DNA of 63,722 nucleotides, counting the filler, from Reticulomyxa filosa (Eukaryota > Protista > Foraminifera), in the NCBI GenBank assembly GCA_000512085.1. It is 19 parts of 19 records of this genome, joined end to end, with 100 filler letters (N's around TTAATTAATTAA, not from the genome) between each part and the next. Parts side by side here need not be neighbours in the genome. Positions count along the whole stretch, not along the records: positions 1 to 11,032 come from ASPP01005468.1; positions 11,133 to 14,678 come from ASPP01005828.1; positions 14,779 to 18,018 come from ASPP01017012.1; positions 18,119 to 19,664 come from ASPP01019197.1; positions 19,765 to 25,516 come from ASPP01012664.1; 14 more parts are not named here. The stretch is one strand, 5' to 3'. This document shows, piece after piece, positions 8,887 to 23,235 of the stretch. A program made the position numbers and the translations under genes. Positions within the stretch are counted from its first letter, which is position 1. Each line of letters starts with the position of its first letter. A model generated the notes under the pieces. That model was not told the DNA's origin. It did no database searches and saw only the letters and a list, made by a program, of their open reading frames with translations.

Positions 8887-10944
8887 ATGTTGTTTTTTCA
8901 TGGAGAAACAAAATCATCTCTATAATGTGGCAACTTTCTTTTTTATCATACTGTATTTCAATTATTTTTTTCATTATTCATAACAGTGTTTAAAAAAGGA
9001 AAAAGGCAAATATCATAATTTAAAACAAGTTTGATCAAACCTGATCATAAAAGAGCGACAGACTTTGAGACTTTGGCTTCTTTGTCAACAATACGAAATT
9101 GCCGTTTGTGGAAATATACAATGCTTATTTCGACTTGATAATAATCTACAATCAACATACATATTTAATTAGATATCTATATTGCCTTCCAGTAAAATCA
9201 CATCATTTAAACTTGCCCACAAAATGAGAAACAGTAATTGTTTTAAAAAATATGTAAAAATATGTTACAAAATCCGAAATTAAGTTTTTTCAGTAAGAAA
9301 CTGAAAGAAGGCAAGAACGATTTCCTTTGAACTGAACTTCCCAAAAACTCATTAATTGTGACTAGTGTTTGAAAAATATTGAACATTTTTTTAATTGATA
9401 CGAATTTCTTACTTCTCAAAAGTATCAATAACAAACTTCAGTTTTATGGCAAATTATTTCTCACATATCTTAAATGATAAAATTCCAAAAAATAAATTAA
9501 ACAACAATCCAAATTATAAATTGAATAAATTCAAAAATGAAAATTAAAACAAAATTTTATTCACACATATTCAATCAAAAAGTTTAAATATTTTCATGCT
9601 TAAAAAAAAATTTTGAATAAGTATTAGTTTTCCACGAATAAACACAAGAATGTTCAATACCTCCAAACTTTGTCACAATTCTCTTTTATCGCCATACTAT
9701 AATGAAAATAAGTATCATTTCCATTTTTTTGATACAAACGTTTCGTCAAGCTGCAAAAGGAAAGTTTCTCAAAGCTGGCAAAAAATATTGTTTTGGATAA
9801 TTCTGGGAATAAGTATATATAATCGTAAAACAATACATCTCAAGTGCATCACATAGCAAGTTAAATAAATCATATTCACAAATTTTTTAATTTAGGTTAT
9901 TCATTGTTCTTTATTTTTTTTAATCATATGGTGAACATTCACAAACGAACACTGTATCATTGGTCCAAAAATATGTATTGTTTCATGTGATAATACATCT
10001 GTCTTTATGTTTGATCAATTACAATTATGATGATTTTAGATAAAATAGATTGTATTATCTTATCAAAAGTATTTATTCCCTTTTATAAAAAACCAAATAT
10101 CATTAAAACAACATTCCACATTTTAACACAATTAAATTGAAAAATAGAACCAAACACGGTTAAATACTAACACAAATTAACCAATGAAATAATTTGATTA
10201 ATTAACATGAATTGTTTTATAATTGCATTAGTCTTTTGAATTCTAGTTTGATTGATTTTTGTGTCCTTGCTAAATTAGATTTCAACCACACATAGATTCA
10301 ACTCTTTCCAATTATTTGGAAAATTTTAATAATAGAATACACAAAAGAATCATTGAATCCATATTTAATGGCTTTGGGTCAAGGAATACAATATGCAAAA
10401 GAGTGATGAATATATCAAAAATATTAAAAATGAATGGTAAAGATGTATTATTACATAATATTTACAAAAGATAGAAAGAGGCAATTCATTTGTGAATACT
10501 ATTTTATAAAGTAATAGAGAATAGTTATTTGATTGGTTTAAATCAACAAATTTATTTTAATGAAAAGAAAAATATAGATGAATTAATATTAAATGATAAA
10601 AATTTAACAATATTTATAAACATATGGTGATACTTTTCTTACTAGCTTCTTCAATTCTTCTTTCTTCCAATTCAACTATTTCCATTTAATTCTTTTTTAT
10701 TTTTCGTATATTTCTGATTCCTTTTATTTTTATTCAAATTTGTGTTTTGTTCAACTCTTGTTGCTTAAATAAATTAATTCGTTTTTCCACTTAAGTTGCA
10801 ATAAATTTGAATTATTTCAAATTTAAAAATAAGTAAAATCAAAAATTCATAAGATTACAAATTTATAATGAAATTCATTTAATAATTTTAAATCGAGTTT
10901 CTGAAGCTTCAAAAGTAAAAAAAAAAGGTTACTTCATCATTATC

Positions 10945-11032
10945 ATGCTTCAACAAACGTTCCCTAAGATAGATGAAGAGATCATTTCAGAGGCATTGAA
11001 ATGGCTTAATCAAGATGTTGAAAAGACAAAAA
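10945..11032 (+). CDS. CUE-like domain, 5' fragment cut by contig end
   Basis: MLQQTFPKIDEEIISEALKWLNQDVEKTK fits the CUE pattern LxxxFPxxDxxxIxxxLxxxxxxVE. Confidence 0.5.
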
Positions 11033-11132
11033 NNNNNNNNNNNNNNNNNNNNNNNNNNNNNNNNNNNNNNNNNNNNTTAATTAATTAANNNNNNNNNNNN
11101 NNNNNNNNNNNNNNNNNNNNNNNNNNNNNNNN
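11033..11132. other. Artificial contig-joining linker N44-TTAATTAATTAA-N44 (first of 18)
   Basis: Identical 100-bp spacer with stops in all six frames at 11033, 14679, 18019, 19665, 25517, 27829, 32120, 37404, 42112, 44412, 46097, 50231, 52869, 54051, 57233, 58370, 59907 and 62623. Genes are cut at these points. Confidence 0.99.
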
Positions 11133-14059
11133 CACACACACACACACACATTTGTTTTTCTGTTTGTCTTGACCTCGTCCAATCCATTTCAAGATACACA
11201 CACACACAAATAAAAAAAACCTTGATTTTGGTTGTTTCAGTTCGACGGAGAGCGTTCGGGTCGTTCGTCTCGTCTTTGCGGCGTCCTTTTGTAATGGCAT
11301 GAAGGAAATGCTGACGGCACTATTGGGGCATTGGCATTTGGATTAGCATTCACACTTGGATTAATATTCACACTTGGATTAATATTCACATTTGGATTGG
11401 CATTGAAATTGACTAATGACTTTTTTTGATTCATTGGCGAAATAGACACGCTTGAAGAAGGATCAGTTGAGGAGGGATTTGGATTCAACACAGATGGCTT
11501 TTCGTCAACTGCGTTGACTTTTGGCGAAGCATTATTGTTTAGTGGTGCATACACACGAAAGTAGTCATCTTTAGGCGATATCTCCGCGGGGGAAGATTGC
11601 ATGTGCTTATTCAAAATCTCGGGATATGCCTTGTCCAACATCCCTGTCGTTCGTTTTAATACATTCACATCCATTTCAGGAATTTCCATTGCATCAATGT
11701 CTATTTCTTCGTCTTCATCTTTCTCTTCTTCTTTGTCTTCTTTTTCTTTTTTTTTTCCTTTTCTTTGGCTTTCGCTTTCTCTTCTTTTGCATCTGTTTTC
11801 ACTAGCACTTTTTCAGTGACTGATGGCACGGGCCTTGCCGTTGTTGTTGTCGTAGTTGCCATTACAGTCACCTTTGACTCTTTCATCGTTTATCGGCAAA
11901 CGGCCCTTTTTTGGGACCTTTGAAAGACAGACACAGCGTACACATGCGAACGCGCGTGAAGACAGAGAGCAATAGACAACACACACACACACACACACAC
12001 CTGATAGGGAACAGAGATGGGATAGTCGGACTTTTCGTCGGTGGAAGCATCGGCGATACCGCCCATGACAGATCTGCGTTGCCAATATCCTCGTCTCTCT
12101 GAAGCTTTGGGCGGAATGGGCTCTGCGGGAGATGGCTCAACTTGTTTTGCTTGTTTTTCTTGTTTTTCTTGTTTTTCTTGTTTTCTTGTTTTCTTGTTTT
12201 CTTGTTTTTCTTGCTTTTCATTGGCTTCGTCATCACTTGATTTTTGTTCTTCCTTTTCCTCTTCGCTGCTATTTTCATCCTCACTGTCGCTTGCATCGTC
12301 GTCATTGTCGTCGCTTTGTTTCTGTTTTTGTTTGGAAGATGACGACGGACCAGAAAAAAAATCGTCCAAATCAAACACTGTTTTGCTTTGCTTGCTGTCT
12401 TTGGGGACGTTGTTGTTGTTGTTGTTGTCCATTGCCACATTGTGCTCATTGCCATTCACATTGCGCTGTGATGGCTCTTGTCTGTCTTGTCTTTCCTTTG
12501 TCGCATCTTGTTGCTCCTCTGGCTTTGACACAGCAGAGATGATATTGGGCAACGACAGTGGACGCTTCTCGTGTTCGTCCACCTCCGATATTTCGTCGTC
12601 ACGATCGACCTGATAGGGCGACTCCCCGGCGGTCAGAGTCTTCCCGCGTTCGTAGCCGCATAACAAGCACCCATTTGTATTCGACGTGTTCAAGTACGAG
12701 CATGATGGACAAGACCACGTCTGTTCTTGTTTCACTTGCAAATGCTTCTCACTCTTTTTTTTTTTTTTTTTTTTTATATCATTTATTTATTTGATGTTAT
12801 GTGTGTGTGTGTATTGCGTATATACATACATGTATACATACGTATACATACATATATGTACATATATATTTGTATGCTCCTATGTGCGCATGAAAAGCAG
12901 AGGATCCAAACTGTAATACGAGTGACGGGAATAGACACTCGAGCTTTGGGTCGATGAGATAAACACATTTGACACAATTCGTCTGTTTCGTCATTTACAA
13001 ACGAACAAGTTATACATATCCAATCCTTTTCGGATGGCTTCCACACTTGACATCTTCGACAAAACTCTTCCTTGTGCTCATTTATGGTCCCACATGCATT
13101 GCATTCCCAGCCGTCCATTTGCTTTTTATATGTGTGTATGTGTGCGCGCGTACATGTTTTGAGAAAGTACATAATACATACAGTCGTGAAGTCATATACG
13201 AAAACACAAAATTAGTAAAGACAACAATCTACACACGAAGACACACTTGTTGGGCCGGTTCCGATTTATGGTCCTCACTGTTCGAGTCACTCTCCTTGTC
13301 GCTTTCATCGTCTTTTACATGCATAGTGGGCGAACGAACATGCACCCCTTTGTCAATCTGCTCGTCGTCGTTTTTCGCAATGACAATTGTGACCTCCTTC
13401 TCCTCCTTTGGAAGTGCACTTGAAACGAGTTGGATTGAACTCTCTTGACGCAATCTCAGTTCTGTTTCTTGTCGCATCACTTGTGCAAATATACGTGCTT
13501 CCACATCGTCTCCTTCATTTGATTTTTTTTTTTTTTTTTTTTGTGTGTATTGATTTCACAAACAAACATGAGTATATTGTACACACCCCCGTTATTATTC
13601 TCTTCTTCTTCTTCTTCTTCTTTTTCTTTTTGCTCAAGTTGTTGTCTTGACGCATTACTATTTGAATAATCTCTTTCATTCCTCTCAATGTCGTTTTCAA
13701 TTGTCTTATTTTGCTGTTTTTTATTTTTTGTTCGCTCTCTTTCATTTTCTTTCCGCTCTTGCTTTCTTCATTTTTCAATTCATTCACACTTCGTCCTGCT
13801 TCCTGCCTTTTCATTTGCTCATACTCTTGTTTTGCTTTTTTAAATTCATCCGAAATTAACCTTTTATTTTCATTTTGTTTTGTGTCATTGGCTTTTGTAC
13901 TGCGATAAATATGCTTTCTTTGCTTTCAAAAGAATAAAAGCACAGATCTAGTGCTGACCATTCAATTGCAAAATCTTTATTTCCTCCCGTCAATTCTAAC
14001 GCCTGTTCTACCCAAAAACGCTCAAATCCTAAATTACAAAGCTCTTCTTGAGCGGTCAT
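11133..14059 (-). CDS. Multi-exon protein with UBA domain, coiled coil, three RanBP2-type zinc fingers and low-complexity regions (3' truncated)
   Basis: UBA: EELCNLGFERFWVEQALELTGGNKDFAIEW. Three W-x-C-x2-C-x3-N-x6-C-x2-C fingers (WECNACGTIN, WICITCSFVN, WSCPSCSYLN). EKQ 9-bp and NPSVNI 18-bp repeats. Introns carry (TG)n and poly-A. Confidence 0.85.
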
Positions 14060-14934
14060 ACCTCCACCCAATGAAGTTGTATAATATTTCCAACTTTAAA
14101 TTAATAGATAGCCCCTTCTAAGTCGTGAACAAAAATAATTTTCTATTATCCACACGCTCCGTGCATCGATAAAAGCATCTTCCATTGCTTTCAACCAATA
14201 CTTGCATAAAATAAATATAATTTTACATTCATGTAAAACAGTTGGCTAATTTTTTAATATTCATTTTATCATTGGTTCCAAAAAGAAAGTATAGCTTAAT
14301 GCAAATTAACCAGCGTTTTTTGTTTTTAAGATTGTTTATTTATTTCTTTTTTATTTCAATTTTTACTTTATTTAAAAAGATAAGTGAAAAACAAGCTGAT
14401 AAGTATGATATTAGTAATATATTTAATTGTTACTTTTTGTTAAATGTTATTCTTTTTTTTCCTATCAACCAAATCAATGTGAAGATTGGTACTTTGGTAA
14501 AACTTTCAACATAATGAAGTAGACGCTTGACTCTTATATTTTTTTGGATAGAGAAATTGATTAGTTCAAATCCTTCAACTTTTTAAACTGTTCTAAAAAA
14601 GCGGTAATTTAGAAAAAAAGAATACTATTGTACGAGATACAGTATGTTGCAAAGAAAACTGAACGCCTAAAACGATATNNNNNNNNNNNNNNNNNNNNNN
14701 NNNNNNNNNNNNNNNNNNNNNNTTAATTAATTAANNNNNNNNNNNNNNNNNNNNNNNNNNNNNNNNNNNNNNNNNNNNTTTTTATTAATTATTAAAAAAA
14801 GAAAATAAAATAGATCACACATAAATGTATATATATATATATATATATATTTCTATATATTTGTATTGAATACTATGCATATATCACGTCACATATACAT
14901 ATATGTATAAAATGGGTGAATGTGTTGCATGTAG

Positions 14935-15735
14935 ACATAGATATAACGTCGGTGGGGTCGTGCTCGCCGTATGAAAAGTTCAATAACACGAGGTTGTACC
15001 CTTGTGGGATGGTGGCGCAGACTTTTTTGACAGATCGGTTTTATGTAAGCGTGGGCAACACGTCGTTGTGTCCGACCAACTGCGTGAACGAAGGGAACAA
15101 CACCAACGCGTGGAAAGAACACTGGGAGAACTGGTCAGAAGAACCAAACTGGTCGATTGATGGCATCGCCTGGGAATCGGACAAGAAAGACAAATTCATT
15201 TACGATACCGGTTACAAAGAGAGCTCGCTTACTACCGTTGGCAAATATCAACATAGGGCCGGTAATTTAAAATAATTATAAAAAAAAAAAAAAAAAATTG
15301 TCAAATTATTTCGAAATGTGTGTTGGACCCTTTCTACCAATTTTTTGTTTTGTTTTTTTTTTTTAAAAAAAAAAAAAAAAAAGGTTGCAATTACCCAAAC
15401 TGAATAATAGCGATTTAATAGTTTGGATGAGAAATGCAGCGTTGCCGAAATTTCGCAAGTTGCATCGTATCATCAAGGAAAAACAGTTGGACGAGGGAAC
15501 CAAAGTGAACGTGACAATATTTAACTGGTTTCCTGTGGACCAAACGAATAGTCAGAAATATGTTGTCTTGACCACGACCAAATGGATCGGTGGACATAAC
15601 TACTTCTTGGCCTGGGCCTTCATTAGCGTTGGCTGTGCTTTCATCGTTTTAGCCATCACCTTTGCCATTATCTTGTTGATTGGAAAGAGAGCTCTCAAAA
15701 CTACTATTCAAACCAAAACCACGGAAGTATCGTAA
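14935..15735 (+). CDS. CDC50: CDC50/LEM3 family P4-ATPase flippase beta subunit (3' exons)
   Basis: YPCGMVAQTFLTDRF, GIAWESDK, DLIVWMRNAALPKFRKL, WIGGHNYFLAWAFISVG plus a TM helix. Intron at about 15262-15383. Confidence 0.93.
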
Positions 15736-16422
15736 TTGCTTTTTCTTGTTTCGTTGCCACGCTCCTCCGAAGTCAAATATGACTTACGCACACATACAGA
15801 AAAGGATATATGAGAAATCAACAAGAGAAACGGAAACAATAAATAAAAGTGTCAATATTTATGTGATCCAATCATTTTTTTTGTTATTTGTTGGGGATTT
15901 TTGGGAACTTTGTGTCACCAGTGATAGAGTTGGCTATTCTTTTTTTGTTTTTCCTTTTTTTTTGTGGGATATACATCCTTGCGTGTTCATTGGTTTGGTG
16001 AAGCCTTGTCTTTACTGAAAAAAAGAAAAAAAGAACCACTATGTTTCTCCTACCTTGCCCTCTACCTTTTGACACAACTTTTTTTTTTTGCAAAATACCG
16101 TTTTGTGGTTTGTTACAGTGAAAAAAATTCAATTAGCAACACTCCATTTCGTTCATTGTCCAACAATCAATTTCCTAGCCATTTGTGGGCACTGATGCAT
16201 ACTTTTCAAAAATTAGAACGTGTCAGCACACGCCCGCATCAGGACTTTTTGAAAGAAATCGTAGAAAAGGTCTAGAGTAATAAATGTTAAAAAAATTTTC
16301 TAATGTTGCTGCCAAACAGTTTAACACTGTTGGAGAAAATATTGGAAAATAACTAACTGCACCAATTGAAAACGTTTGTTTCATTTTTTATTTTTTGCGT
16401 GTATTCTTCACAAAAATGCAAT

Positions 16423-18018
16423 TTATTTTAAAGTTTCGCAAGTGAAGTTGCCACCAGTTTTGATTTCGCCAGAAATGATAAATTCTGGGTAGAAATCGAG
16501 AATAATATTAGTGGAGGCTTGTTCACTGAAAAAGAGCTTATCGAAACCGATCAATCGCTTCAGCGGCAGTCCGTTAACTCCAGGTTCTGCCGGAGCCCAA
16601 AATACCAAAACTGGGGTTGCCCCTGGGATGTTCTTTGTGTTGCTGACTTTAACAGTGACAGTTGTGTTCGTATAGCTCTCAATCGCACAAGAAAAGGAAG
16701 TATAGCTCAGCCCATAGCCAAATGGATAATTGAGGATCCAGTGAAATAGCGATAGCCTCTTCCAGGACTGGTGCTATTATCTGAAGAAGGTCTCATATTC
16801 ATATTGGTCATTTCTACCTGCCTTACATAACTGTCCAAATACCACGTTTGTGTTAACATTGCACTTGGATTGGCTGTTCCAAATATCACATCGAATATGG
16901 CTAAGCCTCCAAACATTCCAGTATATCCTGCCCACAATATCGCACCAATTCTCGGGTCGTTTTGCCATCGATGCACATCCACACAACCTCCTGACAGCAA
17001 TATCAATATCACCGGCCCAGAGGATGCATTTGCAACTGCTTCGATTAACCCGTTTTGTATTCCTGGCAGCGCCAGCGACGTTCGATCATGGCCTTCACTT
17101 TCTTGCGTCTATTTTTTGTTGTTATTGTTTTTCAAACCAATCAATTAATCAACCAATCAACGAACAAACAAAGAAGATATCCGAACCTGATCTAATCCCA
17201 TGACCATGAAAGTCACTTGTGCTCGTGTGGCATGGTTCACGGCGATTGGAATTCCAATGATACTTTTGCTACTAATTGTGCAACCAGGTGAAAACAACAC
17301 CAAGTCTGATGGTATATATTCATACAAGCCTACAAAAAATAAAAAAAAAAAAAAAAAAAGCAAAGCAATATTACATCAAATGCATGTACACATGATGTAC
17401 ATGCACACATAAATACCAAAGCACTGTAAATGAATGGCGGATCACCATAATAATTTCTGTGAAATTCAATTGCACAAATACAAATACACATTAAATGATA
17501 TAATTACATATACATATATATATGTACATATATATATGTGTATGTATATGTGTATATATGTGTATATAAAGTTGGATAGAAATAGTAACGCACCCAGCCA
17601 TAACCGTTTCACTATTAGCATTGGGACCGGTGATGGCAACCAAGTCATAGGAGCTAGCAGTTAAGGGCAATAACCCATTTTGGTTCTTGAGCAAGACGAC
17701 GGATTGTTGGGACGCTTCGTACGAGATTTGCAAATGATCTGAACTGATGACGAGATCGATGGGATATGTGGTGAAGGGCACCTCGTCCTGCGGGTCGAAC
17801 ATTCCCAGTCGCATTTGCACCATGGTCAAGTCGTACATTGCCCTTTGCAGATCCTCTATGGCCAGTTCCCCACTGTTCACCGAGTCGACCACTGACTCTT
17901 GCAAAAACGAGCCGCAATCGATATCCGTACCCGCCTTCAGTGCAACCGAGTCGGTTTGGCCGGCGTCGGTGGTATAATTGTGTGGGTCCAATATATTCTC
18001 GACCGCATCGCAGTCCCC
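16423..18018 (-). CDS. GH3 beta-xylosidase/beta-glucosidase (5' truncated)
   Basis: Nucleophile motif GDCDAV at the contig edge, ALKAGTDIDCG, VLLKNQNGLLPL, AILWAGYTGMFGGLAIFDVIFG, YRYF...YPFGYGLSYTSF (after a one-base frameshift near 16734), and an FnIII-like end KRLIGFDK. Confidence 0.93.
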
Positions 18019-19764
18019 NNNNNNNNNNNNNNNNNNNNNNNNNNNNNNNNNNNNNNNNNNNNTTAATTAATTAANNNNNNNNNNNNNNNNNNNNNNNNNN
18101 NNNNNNNNNNNNNNNNNNAGCTCAAGTATAAAAAAAAAATTAATATTTATCACCTTCACATTAATATTAACTTTAAAAAGTTGTATTTTGGTCAGTTGTT
18201 TAAGTGTACCAACTGAGATAGTAACTCTTTTACTGGCAACGGGCTGCTTGTATGAGAGTGTATCAATCCTTGTTTAACAAAAAAAAAAAAAAACCTTGTT
18301 TAACCTTAAAAGTGTTAGACGCTTTCGAAGCAAATTCGTGTTTGGCAGAACTCTGATGGTCGGGTAATTTCTAATGAACCTCGGGCAAAACCAAAACCCA
18401 CTCGCTGATAACAATGCTTGTGAAGGCGATCCGGACGGCCGGGGCAAGGTGTCTTTACATTAATCGGCTCTACTGCAAAAATCCAATCTAATGGTATTAA
18501 CTACACTTTCGGAAATGTCTGCAACTAGTGAATTATCAAATGCCAGTATGCATGGTGGCATTGGAAATGATATGGAGTTAGAATGGAATTGGTATGGTAT
18601 TGAAAAAAAATATATATAAACCCATTAGCGGCACTCAAAGCCAAAATAGGGGTAAAAACGCCAACGCTAAAGGGAAAGGACGACATGTCCAAATACATTC
18701 TCCCATGGCAAAAAAAAACAAACTAAAATGTCAAAAATGGGCGGAATCCAAAAGCTTCAGAGCGCGAAAACAAAGAAAAACATTTAAATGTGTTTTTTTT
18801 GTCATTAACATCTTGGAAACCCTCAAACTGAAGAGTATCGTCAATAAAGTAAATTAATTGTTTGTTCCATTGATGTGTTTTGAATAAATGTTTATTTTAT
18901 AATTTTCATTCGTTTTAAAGTTTTTGTGAAGGCAGCCAGTTGAAATAAATTCACGTGTTTGTCTCTTTGGTTGGTAAGTAAGAGTGCATAAGTATGCATA
19001 ATATTGTATTTATTGATTACTTTGTAAGGTATTATAATCTTAGTACTGTATTCCGTGTGAGTGAGGTGCTTGGTTAAAATACTTTTTCCCCTTTTCTTTT
19101 CGTTCTCAACTAAAAAAAAAACACAAATGACACAAGGCGAATAAGTGAAGTTGTACCACAAGTGTATCAGACGGTCAGGTCGATTCAATGGTCATAATCT
19201 TGTATTGGCATACAAGATTTGGAATGAATCAAGACCAAAGACACATCTAAATTATATCTACTGGATTAACAAACTATTGACATTATCCCGTGGATGCTGG
19301 AGTGCCGATAGTTGAATGATTGTATAAAAAAAATCTATATTGATCATCGATCATTATCGAAAAAAAGTTACAAGATTTGGAAGATTAACGATCAAGTGAC
19401 GTTAGATCAACAAGATACCTCGTGACATTTCGAAATCGTCGAAAAAGTCAAGTAGTTACAAACCAACAAAAATCATCAAGACAAAGTCCGGAAAATTTTT
19501 TTTACTAGTAAATTATATTGATTAAAAAATTTTTTTATAGTAGTTGGATTTTTGTGATATTGTGAGTGGAGTGTGGTTTTCAAATTTTAGTGTTGCAATT
19601 TATTTGGTAGTGGGTATCGTCGTCGTTCAGCATATCCCCCCACACCTTTGAGGCACGCGCAGTTNNNNNNNNNNNNNNNNNNNNNNNNNNNNNNNNNNNN
19701 NNNNNNNNTTAATTAATTAANNNNNNNNNNNNNNNNNNNNNNNNNNNNNNNNNNNNNNNNNNNN

Positions 19765-20855
19765 GGAACCATCCTTCATTTTCAGTCCATGCCAATGGCT
19801 GTCCGGGATACTTGGCCGAGTGCACTTGAGCGTAGTTCCAACAATTGTTCCCATTGCAAGTGTTGATTGTATTATTTGCCGACATGCCGTTGCACATCAC
19901 CCAAGGGATTTCAAAGTTCAAACTCGCTGCATATTCACCACACCATTCGACATATGCCTCTGACCCTTGGTACTCATTTTCGATTTGGGCCAATATTATC
20001 GGTCCACCGTTTTCGCTAAATACGGCTCGACTTGGACTGCCAAATCATTCACCCACGTGGACACATAATCTTCCCATGGACCATTGTCATCTCGGAATGA
20101 TATACCTTCCACGTGCAATAGCCACTGTATATGTATATCACAGTGTCACAACTAACACTCGCTTTGTCATTCACTTTTGACTTTTATGTCTGTTGCGTTT
20201 TTTGTACGTATACGCATGTGTATCCATACATAAAAAATAATAATAATAATAAAAAATGCACAAAGTTCACTTATTGTTGGAAAATACTTACCACAGGCAA
20301 ACCGCCCCAGTCCCATTCCCTATTTTATATAATTTCGATTCAATTGAACGTTTTTTTTTTTTTTTTTTTTTTTTTGAAAGGAAAAAAAAAATTGGAAATT
20401 TCTGGATTTTGCTTTGAGTAAGTACTAAACGCACAGACATAAGGACCAATTCGGAGATTAACGAATAAATCATTTTCTTTACACTTTTGCAAAAACAAAG
20501 GAAGGTTAGCTCGGTCAGTCCAAATGTACACGTGGTTTCCACTGAAATCATATGTCGGTTCGTGCAAATTCCAAAATACATACACCTCCACATGATTTAA
20601 ACCATCGTCTCGTGCTTTCGTCAATATATCATCCCATTGCAACACACTCAAACGTGGGTAGTGCACACTCCCTCCCAACAGTAGTGTCCTTTGTCCGTTT
20701 ATGATAAACGATCGTTCATCATACGTTACATTGTATGGCTGTCCTTTCAATGAATTGTAGTACAAGAAAGGCCCTGACGGCACTGTGTCTTTAGGCTTAC
20801 TTGCCTTTGATACACACAAAAAGATGGCCACCAAGCCTAATAATGATAACAACAT
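19765..20855 (-). CDS. GH35 beta-galactosidase with signal peptide (3' truncated)
   Basis: VTYDERSFIINGQRTLLLGGSVHYPR, YVFWNLHEP, LRIGPYVCA|EWDWGGLPV|WL, GGPIILAQIENEY (acid/base), WTENEGWF (nucleophile). Two GT-AG introns. Confidence 0.95.
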
Positions 20856-22899
20856 TATTGAGTCCAAATGCAATGTACAATCACAACTAATAATACAAAT
20901 GGTCTTCTTCGGCTTTACAGCTTCGTCCTTTAAATTTAGAAATATTCCAACACTATTGTGATTAAACAACTTTGGAGCACTATCAAAGATAAGAAGATAT
21001 TAGTTGTTCGAGTTTGGAATTTCATTTGAACAAAAAAGAATGTACAAAGTGCTATTAATTATAATATTGATAGTGTAAATAAAAAACTGTATCTTTCGAT
21101 GGAAAAATGAAAGAAAAAAAAACATCAATGACTTGAGTTAATCGTATTTAATAAGTTGTACAGAGTAATGATTTTTTTTGTTAAAAATGTTTAGAATAAT
21201 TATATTATCGATAACAGCAAAACAACAAACTGAACTTGAACTTTGTACTTTTTTACTTTCATTTCTCTTACAAAAAAAGACAGACTATTCCAGAAGATAT
21301 CACGTGAACAAGCAGTCAACAAAGCTTGCAGTTGATTTTAAAAGACAAACATTACAAATACGAAAAAAAAAAAATGGAACCAAGCCCCCTTGTAACACAA
21401 CGTTTTAGTTTATTATTTTCTATAATTTTTATTTGACAAAATAAATCAATAACAAATAACACTCTTACTTGATATCACTGAATCCAAAAAAATATTTTGC
21501 TATTTACTTAAACAAAAATTGTTATTTTTAAAAACATGTTCAAAAAAATAAAAAATAACACAAAATTTTAATTATTCGTGAACACCAAAAATTATTCGTT
21601 TATAAAAATAGTTGAAGTGAAATTTGACCAGATACATGATTATTGAAAACAACTTCATCTGAATCTTTTAATCTTATTACATAGTGTCGCTTGCCATTTG
21701 TCTATTTAGATCCTTTTGAGAGAATTTTGTACCGTTCTAAACTATCAACACTAACTTTACAATTCAGCTTCAGTAAAGTCTATCGATTTCCAGTCTTTAA
21801 AATTATTTTTTTTTGATCTCATAAACATACTACAGTTGTATTCCTTAAAGCTTTGTAATACCAAAAAAATTTTATCTCACGAATGCCTGCAAAAAAGAAA
21901 TCTAATAAGCATTAAAGAAAGCTACGAACTATTTTCAAATATTATCAATCGAAAATGTTCTCAAAAAGGGGGTAGTCCCATATTTTCCCCTTTTTTTTCT
22001 ATAATATTGCAAGTCTTTTGCCACTGCAAGGACCAATAACGCGAACTCTATTATTTGCAAAATTTAATTATGAAATAAGTCAAAGCTACTTGTTGTTATT
22101 TCATTTTTGTCTCAGTTTATTCGAAAATCTTTTCTAGAATCGGATTTATCCAGTCCATTATGGAAACAAAGTTAATTAGTCATAATAGCAATGCTTTGAA
22201 TGCAGCATTCAAAGTGAATGAAATTATTACGACTATTAATTCGAATAAAGTTTTAAACAAGAAACTTAGAAGATTGTAATTTTATTATCGCAATAATTCT
22301 GAAACTAGCATTTGTGCTTTCTTGATTTCGCTTTTTTTTTGTAAAATATTATATACTGATATTATATTTGAGAAATTCAACTCAAAGATGACAAAATCGT
22401 CCGGCTAGTTTCATTGTCTAAACGATCGCAAGATCGAGTTCCTCGTTCATGTGCACCGTGCGTGCAGTATCAATCATTATTGTAATGTACATATATCTAA
22501 TGGTGGAGTTCAGTCCAATTAAACAGATTTGTCCAGTTGCACTGCTCACAATAAAGGGAACATTAGCACGACGGCATATTCAATTTACTTTCTCTCCATT
22601 CATCTTTCTGATACTATAGGAAAGGATATCAAAGTCAGTGCTTTTAAAGTACTGAAAACATCCGGCATCGCTTACCGTCCAACTGTTTAGTCCCAGAAAA
22701 AACACTATTGTCAACCCAAATGTTACATACAATCCCCAAAGATAGTACTTTTTATTCTAAATAGTGATAACTCAAACACAATCACTACACGTACATATTT
22801 ATGTGTATATATTTGTTACGTATAATCCTCGTTTTGCTTAAAAAAAAATTGATGTAATTACGTATATGTACATACGCTTTACATTTTCACACCTAATCG

Positions 22900-23235
22900 C
22901 TTCAGCCAAAAAAATGCCGCACTCAGGTACATTAACATCAACAAGGAACTAATCAAACAATATAATGCTTGGCAACCTACAATATTGTGCACCCACCAAT
23001 CTTGTCCTGTGCCGAGAAAAAACAAAAACTCGGATCACAACGCTACCCACATCATGACGTAGTAAAATAAACATATGGTTTGTAGACATTTCCTGGCTTC
23101 CACAAGTGATAAAAACTATATATACAACAAAATGACTCTGCTACCAACATTACACAGAGAAGAATTATACGTCCCGAAAGGACCACACATTGCATGTAAC
23201 GCTGCGCAAAGTCGGGGCATAAAACGAGTGTGATG
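22900..23235 (+). mobile_element. Possible relic of a non-LTR retroelement ORF1 (degenerate CCHC zinc knuckle)
   Basis: EELYVPKGPHIACN/RCAKSGHK..EC across frameshifts resembles the Y-x-P...C-x2-C-x4-H-x4-C of LINE ORF1/gag. No reverse transcriptase was seen nearby. Confidence 0.35.

Noticed and set aside
12041-12613. Long antisense and alternate-frame ORFs over low-complexity coding regions (also 42825-43514, 52390-52848)
   Set aside because: They are shadows of repetitive E/K/Q-rich sense exons, which lack stops on the opposite strand.
12800-12870. (TG)n, (TA)n and (TATACA)n tracts here and in many introns
   Set aside because: These are ordinary intronic microsatellites. Their YIYI/CVCV translations are not proteins.
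15262-15384. CDC50 intron seeming to need a non-canonical GT-AA boundary
   Set aside because: One extra G at AAG|GG restores GT-AG and the frame, matching the homopolymer under-call pattern elsewhere.
18119-19664. Contig with patches of higher GC and short ORFs
   Set aside because: No motif or RNA structure could be supported in any frame.
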